The notes below the pieces were generated by a model that saw nothing but the letters and a program-made list of their open reading frames with translations, made no database searches and was not told the DNA's origin. Positions 37,002-48,344 of a stretch of DNA of 64,000 nucleotides are shown here, piece after piece (position 1 is the first letter of the stretch; every line of letters starts with the position of its first letter). Source of the stretch: Octopus sinensis (lineage: Eukaryota); the NCBI RefSeq assembly GCF_006345805.1, contig NC_042998.1:47306001-47370000 (forward strand), in the 5' to 3' direction. A program made the position numbers and the translations under genes.

Positions 37002-39214
37002 AGAAAAGGACAGACAGACAGACAGACAGAAAAAAAGGAGGACGTTTTATTTCAATGAGTTCAAGCAAGATAAATGTAATATAGTAAGAGAGGGGGAGGC
37101 AGACAGACTTACAAAGAGAGAGCAGACTACGTCAAAACTGCTTTCAACGTCACACTAACAGATCGCAGTAACGTTTTACATATGAAAACAAGCAATCTCA
37201 TTGGTTAAAATTCGCAGTTTTAATCTACGATTAAAGTCATAAAATAGATTTTTCTCAAATAAACTAGTTCCAACTGGCGAATAAACTAGTTCCACTCTAT
37301 GAGTACACGAAGTTTCAAATTATTTAGTTAACTAGAAAGATCTGGGGTCCTGGCCACGATATTGAAAAGATCCGAAACTCGTTTTGCCATAATTTTGCTT
37401 TGAGTTCAATCCCACTGTGCGGCACAGTGGACAAGTATTTTATACTATAGTCTTGTGATTGAATTTGGTTGATGGAAACTGTGTTGAATCCTATCCTAAG
37501 TCTGTGTGAGTATTTAAATGCAGAGCAATCCTCAGCTGTATAAAGAAATAGAATTTAATTAAATTAAAACAGATGGGCACACTAGTATAATTTTACCTAA
37601 AATTTCCAAGAAAGTAAGAAGATAGACAGAGAACATGCTGTCTGTCTCCTTACCTTCTTAGAATAAATATTCTCCGAACGAATATTTACGTTCCGAATTC
37701 AAGCCTATTCTGGCTGAAGTCGGTTTCATTTTACATCTTTCTAATGTAAATTTTCTCCCATTTTATAATGTTTTTATTTTCTTTCACGGACTAAATGATA
37801 GATACTTTCCTCCTCCAATTCATAAAATGTAAGTTATTAATAAATTTCTTGGAAAGGATCTACAAAGGCTCCAAGTTTATTAGCATTTTACAGGGGTAAA
37901 CTAAAGCATTGAGAAGAGATTAAAATGCTACATAGAAAGATTGTGAAGTGGAGCACATTTTCCCAACATCTCTACATGCGATTACTTCTGAACAATACTT
38001 ATAATTGTTGCATAGAGACAGTCAACAACGAAATATCTACGTAAACAAAATTATCGATTGATAAAGAACAAACGTCTTTATTTTAAATCTGGTACTTCAA
38101 GTAAAAAAAACCCACTTATTTTCATGTCAGCCTCGGGCTAGGAGAGATAATTTTATTTGTTTTAACGACCGAGAAATGAAAATTGTAAATGGTTATTAAA
38201 ATGATTGTGACAACGAGAGGATGATTATGATTACGATAATTAATACACGGTCCGTTTGCACAGAAGAATCCATAATGATTTCACACCATATTGTTCTCAC
38301 CATAGACACCATACTACAGATGGTATAATTTTTCTTCAAATTTTAATCCAGTTCTCAAGCGTAATTTTTCCTTCGTCATTTAATGAAGCCTAATTTTATA
38401 TGTTTGTTAACGTGCATATTGTTTATATCGTGCAAATTGTTATAGTCGCGCAATAAACTATTGAAGTTTCGGCAACTTTACTTGAAACACAAGCTTTGAA
38501 TAAATTTCATGGAGACATCTACGAAGATTCAGTATCTATTTTGGTTATCAAGAGGGTTATAATTGTGCCCCGAGAAACGGTTAAAATGCTGCATAGAAAG
38601 ATAGTGAACTCAAGCACTTTCCTTTTTCAAAATCTCTAAATGCGATTGCTTCTGAACAATACCCATAGTTGTTGTTTCCAGATATTTAACAACTGGATGC
38701 CTACGTAAACAAAATTATCGATTCATAAGCTAGGAACAAATCCAGTCTTTATTTTAAATCTGATACAGCATCTGAAAACTTTATTTTACTCCTGACACTG
38801 GAACTTTATCAGTTGTAGCTCACAGACATATTTTATATTCATTTACCTACCGCCGAAAAAAATGATAAATGAGCATGATGACAACGATAATGGCGGCGCG
38901 GCGAGAGGATGTTGATGACGATGATGTTGATGATGAGGATGAAGATAATAACGACGACGACGAAGATGGTGGTAGTGGTGAATGTTTATTTTGATTTTGT
39001 TTAATGTTTTCTTTTTCCCTCCGTGTTGGAAGCAATTGGTATAATTCTAATGACCCAGAAAGAATACGAGGCAAATTTGAATATGGTTGGGTCTGAACAG
39101 CAAACCGCCGGAAATCGAATAAGATACTGTTAACATTTTTATTATATTAGCTAATGTCTATTATTATGATAGTTATTGTTTTCCCCCTTATGGCTCTGAG
39201 CGTAGGTAATATTG

Positions 39215-39655
39215 ATTTCAAATTTTGCACAAGGTCTGTAATTCCGGGAAAGCGGGTAAGTTGATTACATCGCTCCCAGTGCTCGACTGGTACTTATTTT
39301 ATCAACCCCGAAAGAATGAAAGGCAAAGTCGACCTGGGCACAATTTGAACTCCGAACTTAAAGACGGACACAATGCCGTTAAGCATTTTGTCCTGCATAA
39401 AAGCGATTCTTGTTTCTTTATTGCCCATAAAGGGCTAAACATAGAGGGGACAAACAAGGAAAGACAAACGGATTAAGTCGATTACATTGACCCCAGTGCG
39501 TAACTGGTACGTAATTTATCCACCCCGAAAGGATGAAAGGCAAAGTCGACTTCGGCGGAATTTGAATTCAGAACGTAGAGGCAGAAGAAATACTACTAAG
39601 CATTTTGCCCGGTGTGCTATCGATTCTGCCAGCTCGCTGCCTTGAGCGTTGGTAA
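39215..39655 (-). mobile_element. Two tandem SINE family A units; further diverged copies at ~39825-39955 and ~39975-40085
   Basis: The reverse complement contains two consecutive A bodies with different tails. Confidence 0.8.
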
Positions 39656-40167
39656 TATCGATAAATAAATTGCCATCTATTTTGTAACGGAAATGTAATG
39701 TGGATTCAAGCGAAATTGGAACAAAGAATATGAGGTACAAATTTAGAAAGAAAAAGCATCTGATATCATTTAGACAACACCACTACAACTATTAATTATT
39801 ACTTTTAACAACGGTACAAAGCCAGAAATTGGAGGGGAGGAGAGCAGTCGATTATATCAACCACAATACTTCAATGGTACTTTAGATCATATATCCTGGA
39901 GGTATGTAAATCAAAGTAACTTTCGCGGGGATCGAATTCAAAACGTAAAAGACTACAGCTAATATTAATTATTGATAAGGCAGACGGTCAGAAATTTTGA
40001 AAAGGGCTTTAGTGGGCGAAATCAACCCATTATTTCACTGATACTTTGAAACATAAAGATAATATCGGCATGATTTGAGCTTAGTAAATGGAAGACTATT
40101 GCTGCTAGTACCAATTATAATAATTGTGAACTTATTTTGAAAGATGGAGTATCAGTTTAAATAAATA

Positions 40168-40533
40168 ACTAGCACTATGACCCGGCAATGCCGGGTCATG
40201 GTGCTAGTGCATGCATATACAGCTGCTTGCGTGCGCACATACACGCGAGTACTGTCCAAATCTCCGACCAATCACATACAGCTAGCTGGCATTCAATTGG
40301 CGTATCAAGTTTCGGGCATTTTGATTGGGTTTGGGATAGAAAATTCACAAAAAAGTCACTTCTATTGATTTTTTAATGGCTTTGCGGGGTGACTGTGGAA
40401 ATGTAAAGATGTGCACGACCACCCTTGGACGGTTTTGAATGACCATAGAAAGTGCGAGCCCTCTAACTGAAAAATTGTGGATTTGTATAAAGGACACGCA
40501 CACAGACATTTTGCCGTTTATATATAGAGAGAT
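40168..40533 (+). mobile_element. Probable non-autonomous Helitron/Helentron-type (DINE-1/HINE-like) element
   Basis: Starts with a 19-bp-arm hairpin ACTAGCACTATGACCCGGC-AAT-GCCGGGTCATGGTGCTAGT and ends ACACAGACATTTTGCCGTTTATATATAGAGAGAT. The class assignment is inferred from the resemblance of these termini. Confidence 0.6.
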
Positions 40534-41124
40534 GTACCTAAGTGGCTCTTATTTCATCGACCAGTAAGGATTCAAAGGCAAAGCAACTTAAGCTGGACTC
40601 GAACACAGATGGTAATGTGATATAGTAAGTAAAGACGAAGATATTTATAACCCTCATTTTATCGCTTCTACTAGCCCTTGCTCTCAACGACAACGATGAT
40701 GATGATGATGATGTTGATGATGATGACGACGACGACAACGAAGACGAAGACGACGACGACGATGATGTTAAAAATAAATAGAAATAATAATCATTTTGGT
40801 ATAGCAGATAAAGAAATAAAATTAGCAGAAGTTTAAGCGAACGTTAAGTTACCGTTTAAGTGAGCGGGTCACCTTCAAGGCAGATGGGTTTTGTGATGTC
40901 TGACAATATGGCAACAGTTTCTAATATGAGAACTTCAGTGTCTTGTCAGTTATTTATCTTTAGAAACAGACAATAGTGACTTTTGTTAGTAAAGCTTTCA
41001 AGCGAGAGATTTTAGGTGAATATTCTTGTTAGTCTTAGGTTTTGATGTTGTTGGTTTTAAAAGTTTTAGCTTTATATAATGTTGTTTTAAATGTTGCTTT
41101 CAATTGATAATGATGTTGAAGCTG

Positions 41125-41158
<34 letters not shown>

Positions 41159-41239
41159 TATTATTATTATTATTATTATATTATTATTATTATTATTATT
41201 ATATTATTATTATTATTATTATATATTATTATTATTATT

Positions 41240-41790
41240 GAGTGAGAGAGCAGTTCATGCCATCAAAGTGACACTGGGGTAAAATATACGAAGCCCAATA
41301 TACCCATCATGACTACCCGTCTGATAAAGGTACACCAGGCACATGCATCACAACCATATGTGCGCGACATGATGATCTCATATCAAGATAAACAGCACAT
41401 GACCTTGCAGGTGGGGCCCAGTTAGAATTTTCTTCAGGTTGAGTAGCCCATCCCGCTCAAACGGTCCCTGAATAAGGGTTGTTTAAGGATGTTGAAAGAA
41501 CCACCCATGTTTCCAGAGGTGAACTATTCAAACCCCAAAAAGAATCCCTCTCAACACATGGCTATGATGCTCCCCCACTACTTCTGCTCGTGATCAGAGA
41601 TGCACATATCGTCAGCCACTAAGGGACATGCTCAACTGGTTAAGGTCAAACAACTGACAAGCAAATCTGTGGTATTGAGCAGAATATTTGCTGTAGCCCA
41701 TCTTTTATACCAAGACAAAACAATGTACATGATAACACTTCCAATCAGTTAAGATCAGAAGCCATGAGAGCCACTGCCTGGTACTGCATC
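41240..41790 (-). mobile_element. Element E, copy 5 (missing only ~6 nt at the 5' end)
   Basis: Near-identical to copy 2; (ATT)n flanks. Confidence 0.85.
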
Positions 41791-41804
41791 AATTATTATT
41801 ATTA

Positions 41805-41868
<64 letters not shown>

Positions 41869-41876
41869 CATTATTA

Positions 41877-42082
41877 AGCTGGCAGAATCGTTAGCACACC
41901 GGGCCACGTGCTTAGCGGTATTTCGTTTGCCGTTACGTTCTGAGTTCAAATTCCGCCGAGGTCGACTTTGCCTTTCATTCTTTCGGGGTCGATAGTTTAA
42001 ATTCCAGTGAAACACTGGGGCCGATGTAATCGACCAATCCTCTCCCCCCAAGATTTCAGGCCTTGTGACTATAGTAGAAAGG
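41877..42082 (+). mobile_element. SINE family A with (ATT)n tail
   Basis: agctggcagaatcgttagc...tagtagaaagg, then attattatt up to the LINE 3' end at 42151. Confidence 0.88.
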
Positions 42083-42153
<71 letters not shown>

Positions 42154-42247
42154 TAGTTTTATTTTTATAGCGTGTTTTCACTTCACTACCGAGCGCAGCT
42201 CTGTGTGCCTTGGGTATGTGCTGTGATTTGTTGTGATGCTCTGATGG

Positions 42248-43336
42248 TTATTGTATGGAAAGTGTTCTGCGTAGGATGTGTGCAGTGCCTAGTAGTGCAA
42301 TTTTCTGTATGTTATATGTGTTTGTAAGTCCTGGTGTTTTTGTTATGTATTTGTCTGAATATTTTTTTATCATGCCTAATGCACCTACTATGATAGGAAT
42401 TGTTTCTGTTTTCAGATTCCACATTCTAGTTACCTCTATTTCCAGGTCTTTGTATTTTGAGAGTTTATCCATTTCTTTTAGAGACACGTTGTCATCTACT
42501 GGTATTGATACATCAATTAGAAAGCATTTTTTTTCTTCTTGATCTCTGTCAACTATATCTGGTCTGTTGGCCTTAATTTCTCTATCTGTGTGTATCGGCA
42601 TATCCCAGAGTATGGTTGCTTTCTCGTTTTCTGTGACCTTTTCTGGTGTGTGCCTATACCATCTTTTTTCTGTTGTTATTCCATAATGTTGGCATAGCTT
42701 CCAATGTATGTAGGTTCCAACTCTGTCATGTCTGTGAATATATTCCTTCTTAGCCAGGACTGGGCAGCTAGAGATAATATGATTTATTGTTTCTTGTCCA
42801 TCTCCACATATTCTGCAGTTACTTGTAATATTTCTTTTCATTACATGTTTTTGGTAATTTCTGGTGGGGAGGCTTTGGTCTTGTGCTGCAATTAAAAATC
42901 CCTCTGTTTCTGCTTTGAGTCCTGAGCTTCTCAACCATTGCTGTGATTTTTCTTTGTCTATTTCTTTTGCGTTTAGGTTAGTGCAGTATTTACCATGAAG
43001 GGGCTTTTCTTGCCATCGTTTTATCATGGTTCGTTGCTGTTCTATTTTTAGTTTGGATTTCATTTGTTTTATAGCTTTTGTTGTTTCTTCATCATCTTCT
43101 TCTTCTTCTTCGTGTTTATTAGGTGGTATGATTTCTTGTTTGTATTTGTCAGCTTCCTTAAATACTGAGAGCAGTTTTTTGTTTTGCTCGTGTTTTGCTG
43201 CTATCTGGATCAGTTTTCCTTCCTTCTGGAGTAGGTATTTTTGCAGTCCTATGGTGGTTATTTTATAGTAGTTTTCCAGCTGTATAAGGCCTCTACCACC
43301 TTCTATACGTTGTATATATAGTCTTTCTATGTCCGA
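42248..43336 (-). CDS. R4/Dong ORF, C-terminal part: thumb, acidic linker, CCHC knuckle and restriction-like (PD-D/ExK) endonuclease
   Basis: The frame is open from SDIERLYIQRIEGGRGL through CRICGDGQETINHIISSC, RHDRV and RPDIV...LIDVSIP...KYKDL to the stop at 42248. It is joined to the upstream ORF by restoring one base at 43337-43339. Confidence 0.9.
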   Translation of the reverse strand, partial: SDIERLYIQRIEGGRGLIQLENYYKITTIGLQKYLLQKEGKLIQIAAKHEQNKKLLSVFKEADKYKQEIIPPNKHEEEEEDDEETTKAIKQMKSKLKIEQQRTMIKRWQEKPLHGKYCTNLNAKEIDKEKSQQWLRSSGLKAETEGFLIAAQDQSLPTRNYQKHVMKRNITSNCRICGDGQETINHIISSCPVLAKKEYIHRHDRVGTYIHWKLCQHYGITTEKRWYRHTPEKVTENEKATILWDMPIHTDREIKANRPDIVDRDQEEKKCFLIDVSIPVDDNVSLKEMDKLSKYKDLEIEVTRMWNLKTETIPIIVGALGMIKKYSDKYITKTPGLTNTYNIQKIALLGTAHILRRTLSIQ

Positions 43337-45885
43337 TTTGGGTGATGCATCCTAGATCCTGTCAGTATTTTTCTTGTTTTCCTATCTATTTTGGACAGTT
43401 CATTTCGTGTCCAGTTAAGGATATTGTAGCTGTAACTTATAACTGGGACAGCTAAAGTGTTGATACCTATTATCTTGTTTTTAGCATTGAGCTCTGTTTT
43501 TAGTATTGATCTAACTCGTCTATAATATTCTTTTTTTATTTTCTCTTTCATTTGTGTGTGTTGTGTCTTATCTAGTTCATGGATTCCTAAGTATTTGTAA
43601 GTTTGGCTTTGGTCTAATTCTTTTATCTCATTGGTTTTATCTAGTGTGATGTTGTTACTCTTAACTAGTTTTCCTCTTTTCATGGTTACTTTGGCGCATT
43701 TTTCTAATCCAAATTTCATATCTATTTCTTTGGTAAATCCATGAACTGTCTTTAATAGTGTTTCCAGCTGTTTGTCATTTGCAGCGTATAGTTTTAGGTC
43801 ATCCATATATAAAAGGTGGCTGATCGTTTTGCCGTAACATTTATATCCGCATCCAGTTCTATTTAGCATATCAGATAGAGGTGACAGTGCCAAGCAGAAA
43901 AGGAGTGGAGAGAGCGTGTCTCCCTGGAATATTCCTCTTCTAATGGGGATGTATTTGGTTTTCATGAGTCCCTCTTTTGTTTGGAGGTGTAGGACTGTTT
44001 GCCATTTATTCATAGAGTGCTCTATGAATTTTATGATTGTTGGTGCTACTTTGTTAATGGCTAGTGTTTCGAGGATCCATGTGTGGGGGATGCTATCAAA
44101 CGCCTTTTTGTAGTCAATCCAGGCCATACTGAGGCCTTTCTTTTGTCTGTGGCTGTCTTCAGTTACGGCTTTATTAATCATTAGTTGATCTTTACAGCCA
44201 TATGAGCCTTTGCGGCATCCTTTCTGCTCTTCTGGGAACAGTTTGTTTTCGTCCAGGTGCTTGTTCAGCCTTTGCGATATCACTGCAGTAAATGCCTTGA
44301 ACATAGTAGGGAGGCAGGTTATTGGTCTGTAGTTTTCTGGTTTTGCTGTTTCATTTGATTTGGGAATTAAGATGGTTTTCCCCTTCGTGAGCCATTCAGG
44401 CATTGTCTCTGGCTCTGCTAGTATGCTGTTAAAGTTTTCAGCCAGCTTTTTGTGCATTCCTGTTAGATATTTCAACCAGAAGTTGGGGATCTTGTCATGC
44501 CCAGGTGCCTTCCAGTTGCTTAGTTTTTGCAGTGCCTGGGTGACCTCTTCAGTTGTTATGGGGGTCCAAAGTTGTTCAGATGCCGAGTTTGTTATTTTGA
44601 TACTCCCCTTTTTTGGCTGTTCGTTTGCCGACCATATTTCTCTCCAGAATTCTTCCAATTCTTCTGCCGTTGGTGCTGCAGTGACTTCTATTTTATTTTT
44701 TCCCAGTTCTTGGTAGAACTTTTTGGGGTTGGAGTTGAACTTTTTGTTCTGTTCAAAGAAGCGTTGGCGTTTCTCGTACCGGCGGATCCTTTGAGCTTTG
44801 GCAAGGATATCTTGCTTCAGCTTTTCTTTTATCTCCGGCAAATCTTTTTCTGTGATGTTATATTTGCGGAGCATTTTTGTTCTCTTTTTGTTGCTTAGTA
44901 GCGTTGATTGTTTGCTGATTTCATTAAGAATCGACAGGTCTTTTCTAATTTTTTTTATTTTGTTTTGGATGTTATTTATCCACAGGGTTTGTTTGGGTGG
45001 TGGTACTCCTGTTTGAGCGGGTTTGGGTGAGTATCCAGGTTCTTTTGTGGCTGCAGTGGCTGCTGCGTATATCAAGTCATTTAGTTCGGTGATATCACTT
45101 TTTTTTGTTTCAGTGGCTAGTTCAGTGACGGCTAGGTTAATGCTGTTTATAATTGGTGTTGTTATTTCGTTTATTTTTATTCTTGGGAGGTATGGTCGGT
45201 GGTCCATTTTGGGCTCTGTGGTTTTCAGTTCTTTGATTATTTTTATATTATCATAATCATCAGGCTCCCCTTCGTTGTTTACATCGTGTTTGTTGGGAAT
45301 GTTGCGTTTGTCTTCGTGTTTTACAGTTTCAGTGTTTATATTATTGGGCATTGTTGTGTGGCTTCTATCTACATTTTCCTGGTGTATTTTTTCTTTTAAA
45401 TGTTCTATTTCTATTTCTGATATTTTTTTGGCTTTGAGAATGTATATTCGTACGTTAGCTAATTTATTAGGGTTCATTGCTGTATCCAAGTCTATATCTC
45501 TATTATTTTCCTTCCATATTTTATATGTATGTGTTGTTGTATTTTCATTTTTTGGGTAGAGCATTGCTGTGAAGTATGCGTGTAAGATAGAAATGTATTC
45601 CTCACGTGTCCATTTACGTCTTTTGGGTTTTATTTGCGGGACATGAGGTACAACGTTCGGCCCATTATTTTGACGGTCGTCATTTTCGTAGGGTACCGGT
45701 CCGTTTATTTCTATTGTCACATTATTTCGCACGTGTAGTTTTTCGTACATTTTTTGTTGTAAGTTTAATGTACGTACCGCTCGATTGTTATTCTTGGGTT
45801 GAATAGTATCGGTGGCATTTAATTTCTTCGTAGTTCCTTTGTACATGGTGTTTGAGGTCGGGGATGATCGTGATGTTCCACGCAT
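43327..45885 (-). CDS. R4/Dong ORF, N-terminal 852 aa: Myb-like motif plus complete reverse transcriptase, ending at a frameshift
   Basis: Motifs seen: KRRKWTREEY (Myb-like, inference), WKAPGHDKIPN, NYRPITCL, WIDYKKAFDSIPH, GIFQGDTLSPLLF, LLYMDDLKL, GLEKCAK, YKYLGI. Confidence 0.92.
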   Translation of the reverse strand: MRGTSRSSPTSNTMYKGTTKKLNATDTIQPKNNNRAVRTLNLQQKMYEKLHVRNNVTIEINGPVPYENDDRQNNGPNVVPHVPQIKPKRRKWTREEYISILHAYFTAMLYPKNENTTTHTYKIWKENNRDIDLDTAMNPNKLANVRIYILKAKKISEIEIEHLKEKIHQENVDRSHTTMPNNINTETVKHEDKRNIPNKHDVNNEGEPDDYDNIKIIKELKTTEPKMDHRPYLPRIKINEITTPIINSINLAVTELATETKKSDITELNDLIYAAATAATKEPGYSPKPAQTGVPPPKQTLWINNIQNKIKKIRKDLSILNEISKQSTLLSNKKRTKMLRKYNITEKDLPEIKEKLKQDILAKAQRIRRYEKRQRFFEQNKKFNSNPKKFYQELGKNKIEVTAAPTAEELEEFWREIWSANEQPKKGSIKITNSASEQLWTPITTEEVTQALQKLSNWKAPGHDKIPNFWLKYLTGMHKKLAENFNSILAEPETMPEWLTKGKTILIPKSNETAKPENYRPITCLPTMFKAFTAVISQRLNKHLDENKLFPEEQKGCRKGSYGCKDQLMINKAVTEDSHRQKKGLSMAWIDYKKAFDSIPHTWILETLAINKVAPTIIKFIEHSMNKWQTVLHLQTKEGLMKTKYIPIRRGIFQGDTLSPLLFCLALSPLSDMLNRTGCGYKCYGKTISHLLYMDDLKLYAANDKQLETLLKTVHGFTKEIDMKFGLEKCAKVTMKRGKLVKSNNITLDKTNEIKELDQSQTYKYLGIHELDKTQHTQMKEKIKKEYYRRVRSILKTELNAKNKIIGINTLAVPVISYSYNILNWTRNELSKIDRKTRKILTGSRMHHPNRT

Positions 45886-46109
45886 GTTTACATGTGTTGT
45901 GTTAGAGGTGGAGATAATATCGAGTCAAAATACATCATTTCGTTTCGAAAATAGTAATAAATTTCAATTAGTATTACTTACTCGGATACAGTCTAATTCT
46001 TTGTTAGTAAATCTTTGGCTCCATAGGATGTCCTTGTTTTCGATGTTTGTGGATAGATTTCGGAGCTCTGTATTTTCCTTCTTACATCTTAAACGTCCCC
46101 GGTGTTCCG

Positions 46110-46166
<57 letters not shown>

Positions 46167-46184
46167 ATTATTATTATTATTATT

Positions 46185-46419
46185 GAGTGAGAGAGCAGTT
46201 CATGCCATCAAAGTGACACTGGGGTACAATATACGAAGCCCAATATACCCATCATGACTACCCGTCTGATAAGGGTACACCAGGCACATGCATCACAACC
46301 ATATGTGCGCGACATGGTGATCTCATATCAAGATAAACAGCGCATGACCTTGCAGGTGGGGCCCAGTTAGAATTTTCTTCAGGTCGAGTAGCCCATCCCG
46401 CTCAAACGGTCCCTGAATA
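46185..46419 (-). mobile_element. Element E, copy 6 (5'-truncated)
   Basis: Retains the gagtgagag end and stops at ggtccctgaata. It lies directly upstream of LINE copy 2, separated by (ATT)n. Confidence 0.83.
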
Positions 46420-46458
46420 TTATTATTATTATTATTATCATCATCATCATCATCATCA

Positions 46459-46500
<42 letters not shown>

Positions 46501-46514
46501 CATCATCATCATCA

Positions 46515-46578
<64 letters not shown>

Positions 46579-46592
46579 TATTATTATCATCA

Positions 46593-46626
<34 letters not shown>

Positions 46627-46634
46627 CATCATCA

Positions 46635-46671
<37 letters not shown>
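46420..46671. repeat. (ATT)n/(ATC)n array
   Basis: Seen directly, between E copy 6 and R4 subfamily d. Confidence 0.9.
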
Positions 46672-46672
<1 letters not shown>

Positions 46673-47387
46673 GGCGTTGCACAGTATACAATATCGTGAG
46701 GTTTTTCATTGAAAATATTGGTATTTGTACTGTTTGTCAATTCACAACAAGGACCTCAGATAGACTGTACTTTACACAATATGCGTGGTGCTGTTCCAAG
46801 TAAAGCCGACTTTTGCAATACATCTAGATTGTAGGGTATTTGTAAAGTTCTCTGATGCTTTTTGACAGGTTGGGTGGTATTGAACCTAATGCTCTGATGA
46901 CAATAGGGATAACCTTTATGTTTGACTCACGTAGCTGCCACATCTTAGCGATCTCAATTCTCAGGTCTCCATATTTATCAACATTACCTCTATCTTTCAA
47001 GATGATATGTCGATCTCTTGGCACTGCTACGTCGATTATTAGGCACTCTTGTTTGTCCCTCCTAAAGGTAACTATATCTGGCCTTCCGTAATCTAACACC
47101 TTGTCCGTCTGGAAATCAAAGTCCCGGAGGATTTTTGCTATTCCCTTTTCGTCCATTACCTTTTCCGGTGTATGTTGGTACCAATCACCCGTATCCTCAT
47201 ATCCATAGTAGCCAGAGGAGGTTGTGGGCTACTTTGTCATGTCTACGCTTGTACTCTTTCTGCGCAAGACTTTCACAAGCACTAACAATGTGAGTCACGC
47301 TTTCGACCCTCTTCCCACACATTCTGCAGAGGTCCGATGCACTTGTGTGGTATATATTCTTTTTGGTTGAGTTGGTATTCAATATAT
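46672..47387 (-). pseudogene. 5'-truncated R4/Dong LINE 3' end (subfamily d): CCHC plus RLE
   Basis: Reads CRMCGKRVESVTHIVSAC, RRHDKV, GRPDIV...LIIDVAVP...KYGDL and VLQKSALLGTA. It has its own 3' UTR and an (AAT)n tail. Confidence 0.87.
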
Positions 47388-47405
47388 CATTATTATTATT
47401 CTTGT

Positions 47406-47648
47406 AGAGGCGCGTGGCTTAGTGGTTAGGGTGTTGGCCTCATGATCGTGAGACTGAGGTTTCGATTCCTGGACCGGGCGAATCGTTGTGTTCTCAAGCA
47501 AAACACTTCATTTCTCATTGCTTTAGCACACTCAGCTGGCAAAAATGAATAAACCTTAGACGGACCGGCGTCCCGTCTAGGCGAACAATATATACTCCAT
47601 AGAAACGGGCCTTATCAGTCTATATCACTCAGGAAGGAACTTTACTTT
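47406..47648 (+). mobile_element. SINE family D
   Basis: gaggcgcgtggcttagtggttaggg...cactcagctggcaaaaatga. Confidence 0.8.
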
Positions 47649-47654
47649 CAAATG

Positions 47655-47783
47655 CCACCAAGGTCGACTTTGCCTTTCAACCTTTCGGGGTCAATGAAAT
47701 AAGTACCAGTTAAGCACTGGGGTCAATATAATCGACTGGTCCCAACCCCAAATCTCAGGCTTGGTGGCTCTAGTAGAAAGGAT
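47655..47783 (+). mobile_element. SINE family A, 3' part, with ATT/ATC tail
   Basis: aaggtcgactttgcc...tagtagaaagg-attactattatc. Confidence 0.8.
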
Positions 47784-47787
47784 TACT

Positions 47788-47827
<40 letters not shown>

Positions 47828-47868
47828 CAATCTTCATCATCATGATTATTATTATTATTATTATTATT

Positions 47869-48248
47869 GAGTGAGAGAACAGTGCATGCCATCAAAGTGA
47901 CACTGGGGTAAAATATACGAAGTCCAGTATACCCATCATGACTACCCGTCTGATAAGGGTACACCAAGCACATGCATCACAACCGTATGTGCGCGACATA
48001 GTGATCTCATATCCAGATAGACAGCGCATGACTTTGCAGGTGGGGCCCAGTTAGAATTTTCTTCAGGTCGAGTAGCCGATCCCGCTCAAAAGGTCCCTGA
48101 ATAAGGATTGTTTAAGGATGATGAACGAAACACTCATGTTTCCAGAGGTGAATTATCCAGACCCAAAAGAATTATTCTTAACACATGGCTATGATGCTCC
48201 CCCACTACTTCTGCTTGATCAGAGATGCTACTAAGGGACATATTCAAC

Positions 48249-48249
<1 letters not shown>
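47869..48249 (-). mobile_element. Element E, copy 7 (5'-truncated, diverged)
   Basis: Retains the gagtgagag end and stops after ctaagggacatattcaact; (ATT)n flanks. Confidence 0.82.
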
Positions 48250-48309
<60 letters not shown>

Positions 48310-48344
48310 CATTATTATTATTATTATCATCATCATCATTATTG

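Larger units (their letters stand above)
42151..46110 (-). mobile_element. Full-length R4/Dong-clade non-LTR retrotransposon (subfamily a, copy 2), ~3.96 kb, inserted in (TAA)n
   Basis: One long ORF with a single frameshift carries RT, CCHC and RLE motifs. It has a ~225-nt 5' leader and a ~97-nt 3' UTR containing AATAAA, ending ...aaaactactg(aat)n. Both flanks are (ATT)n on +. Its 5' end (CCGGGGACG) coincides with that of the copy at 18673-22804. Dong is established as a TAA-repeat-targeting R4-clade element. Confidence 0.93.

Noticed and set aside
18777-46165. Many + strand ORFs over the LINE copies (e.g. 18777-19154, 42255-42542, 44360-44716)
   Set aside because: They are antisense shadows of the R4/Dong ORF.
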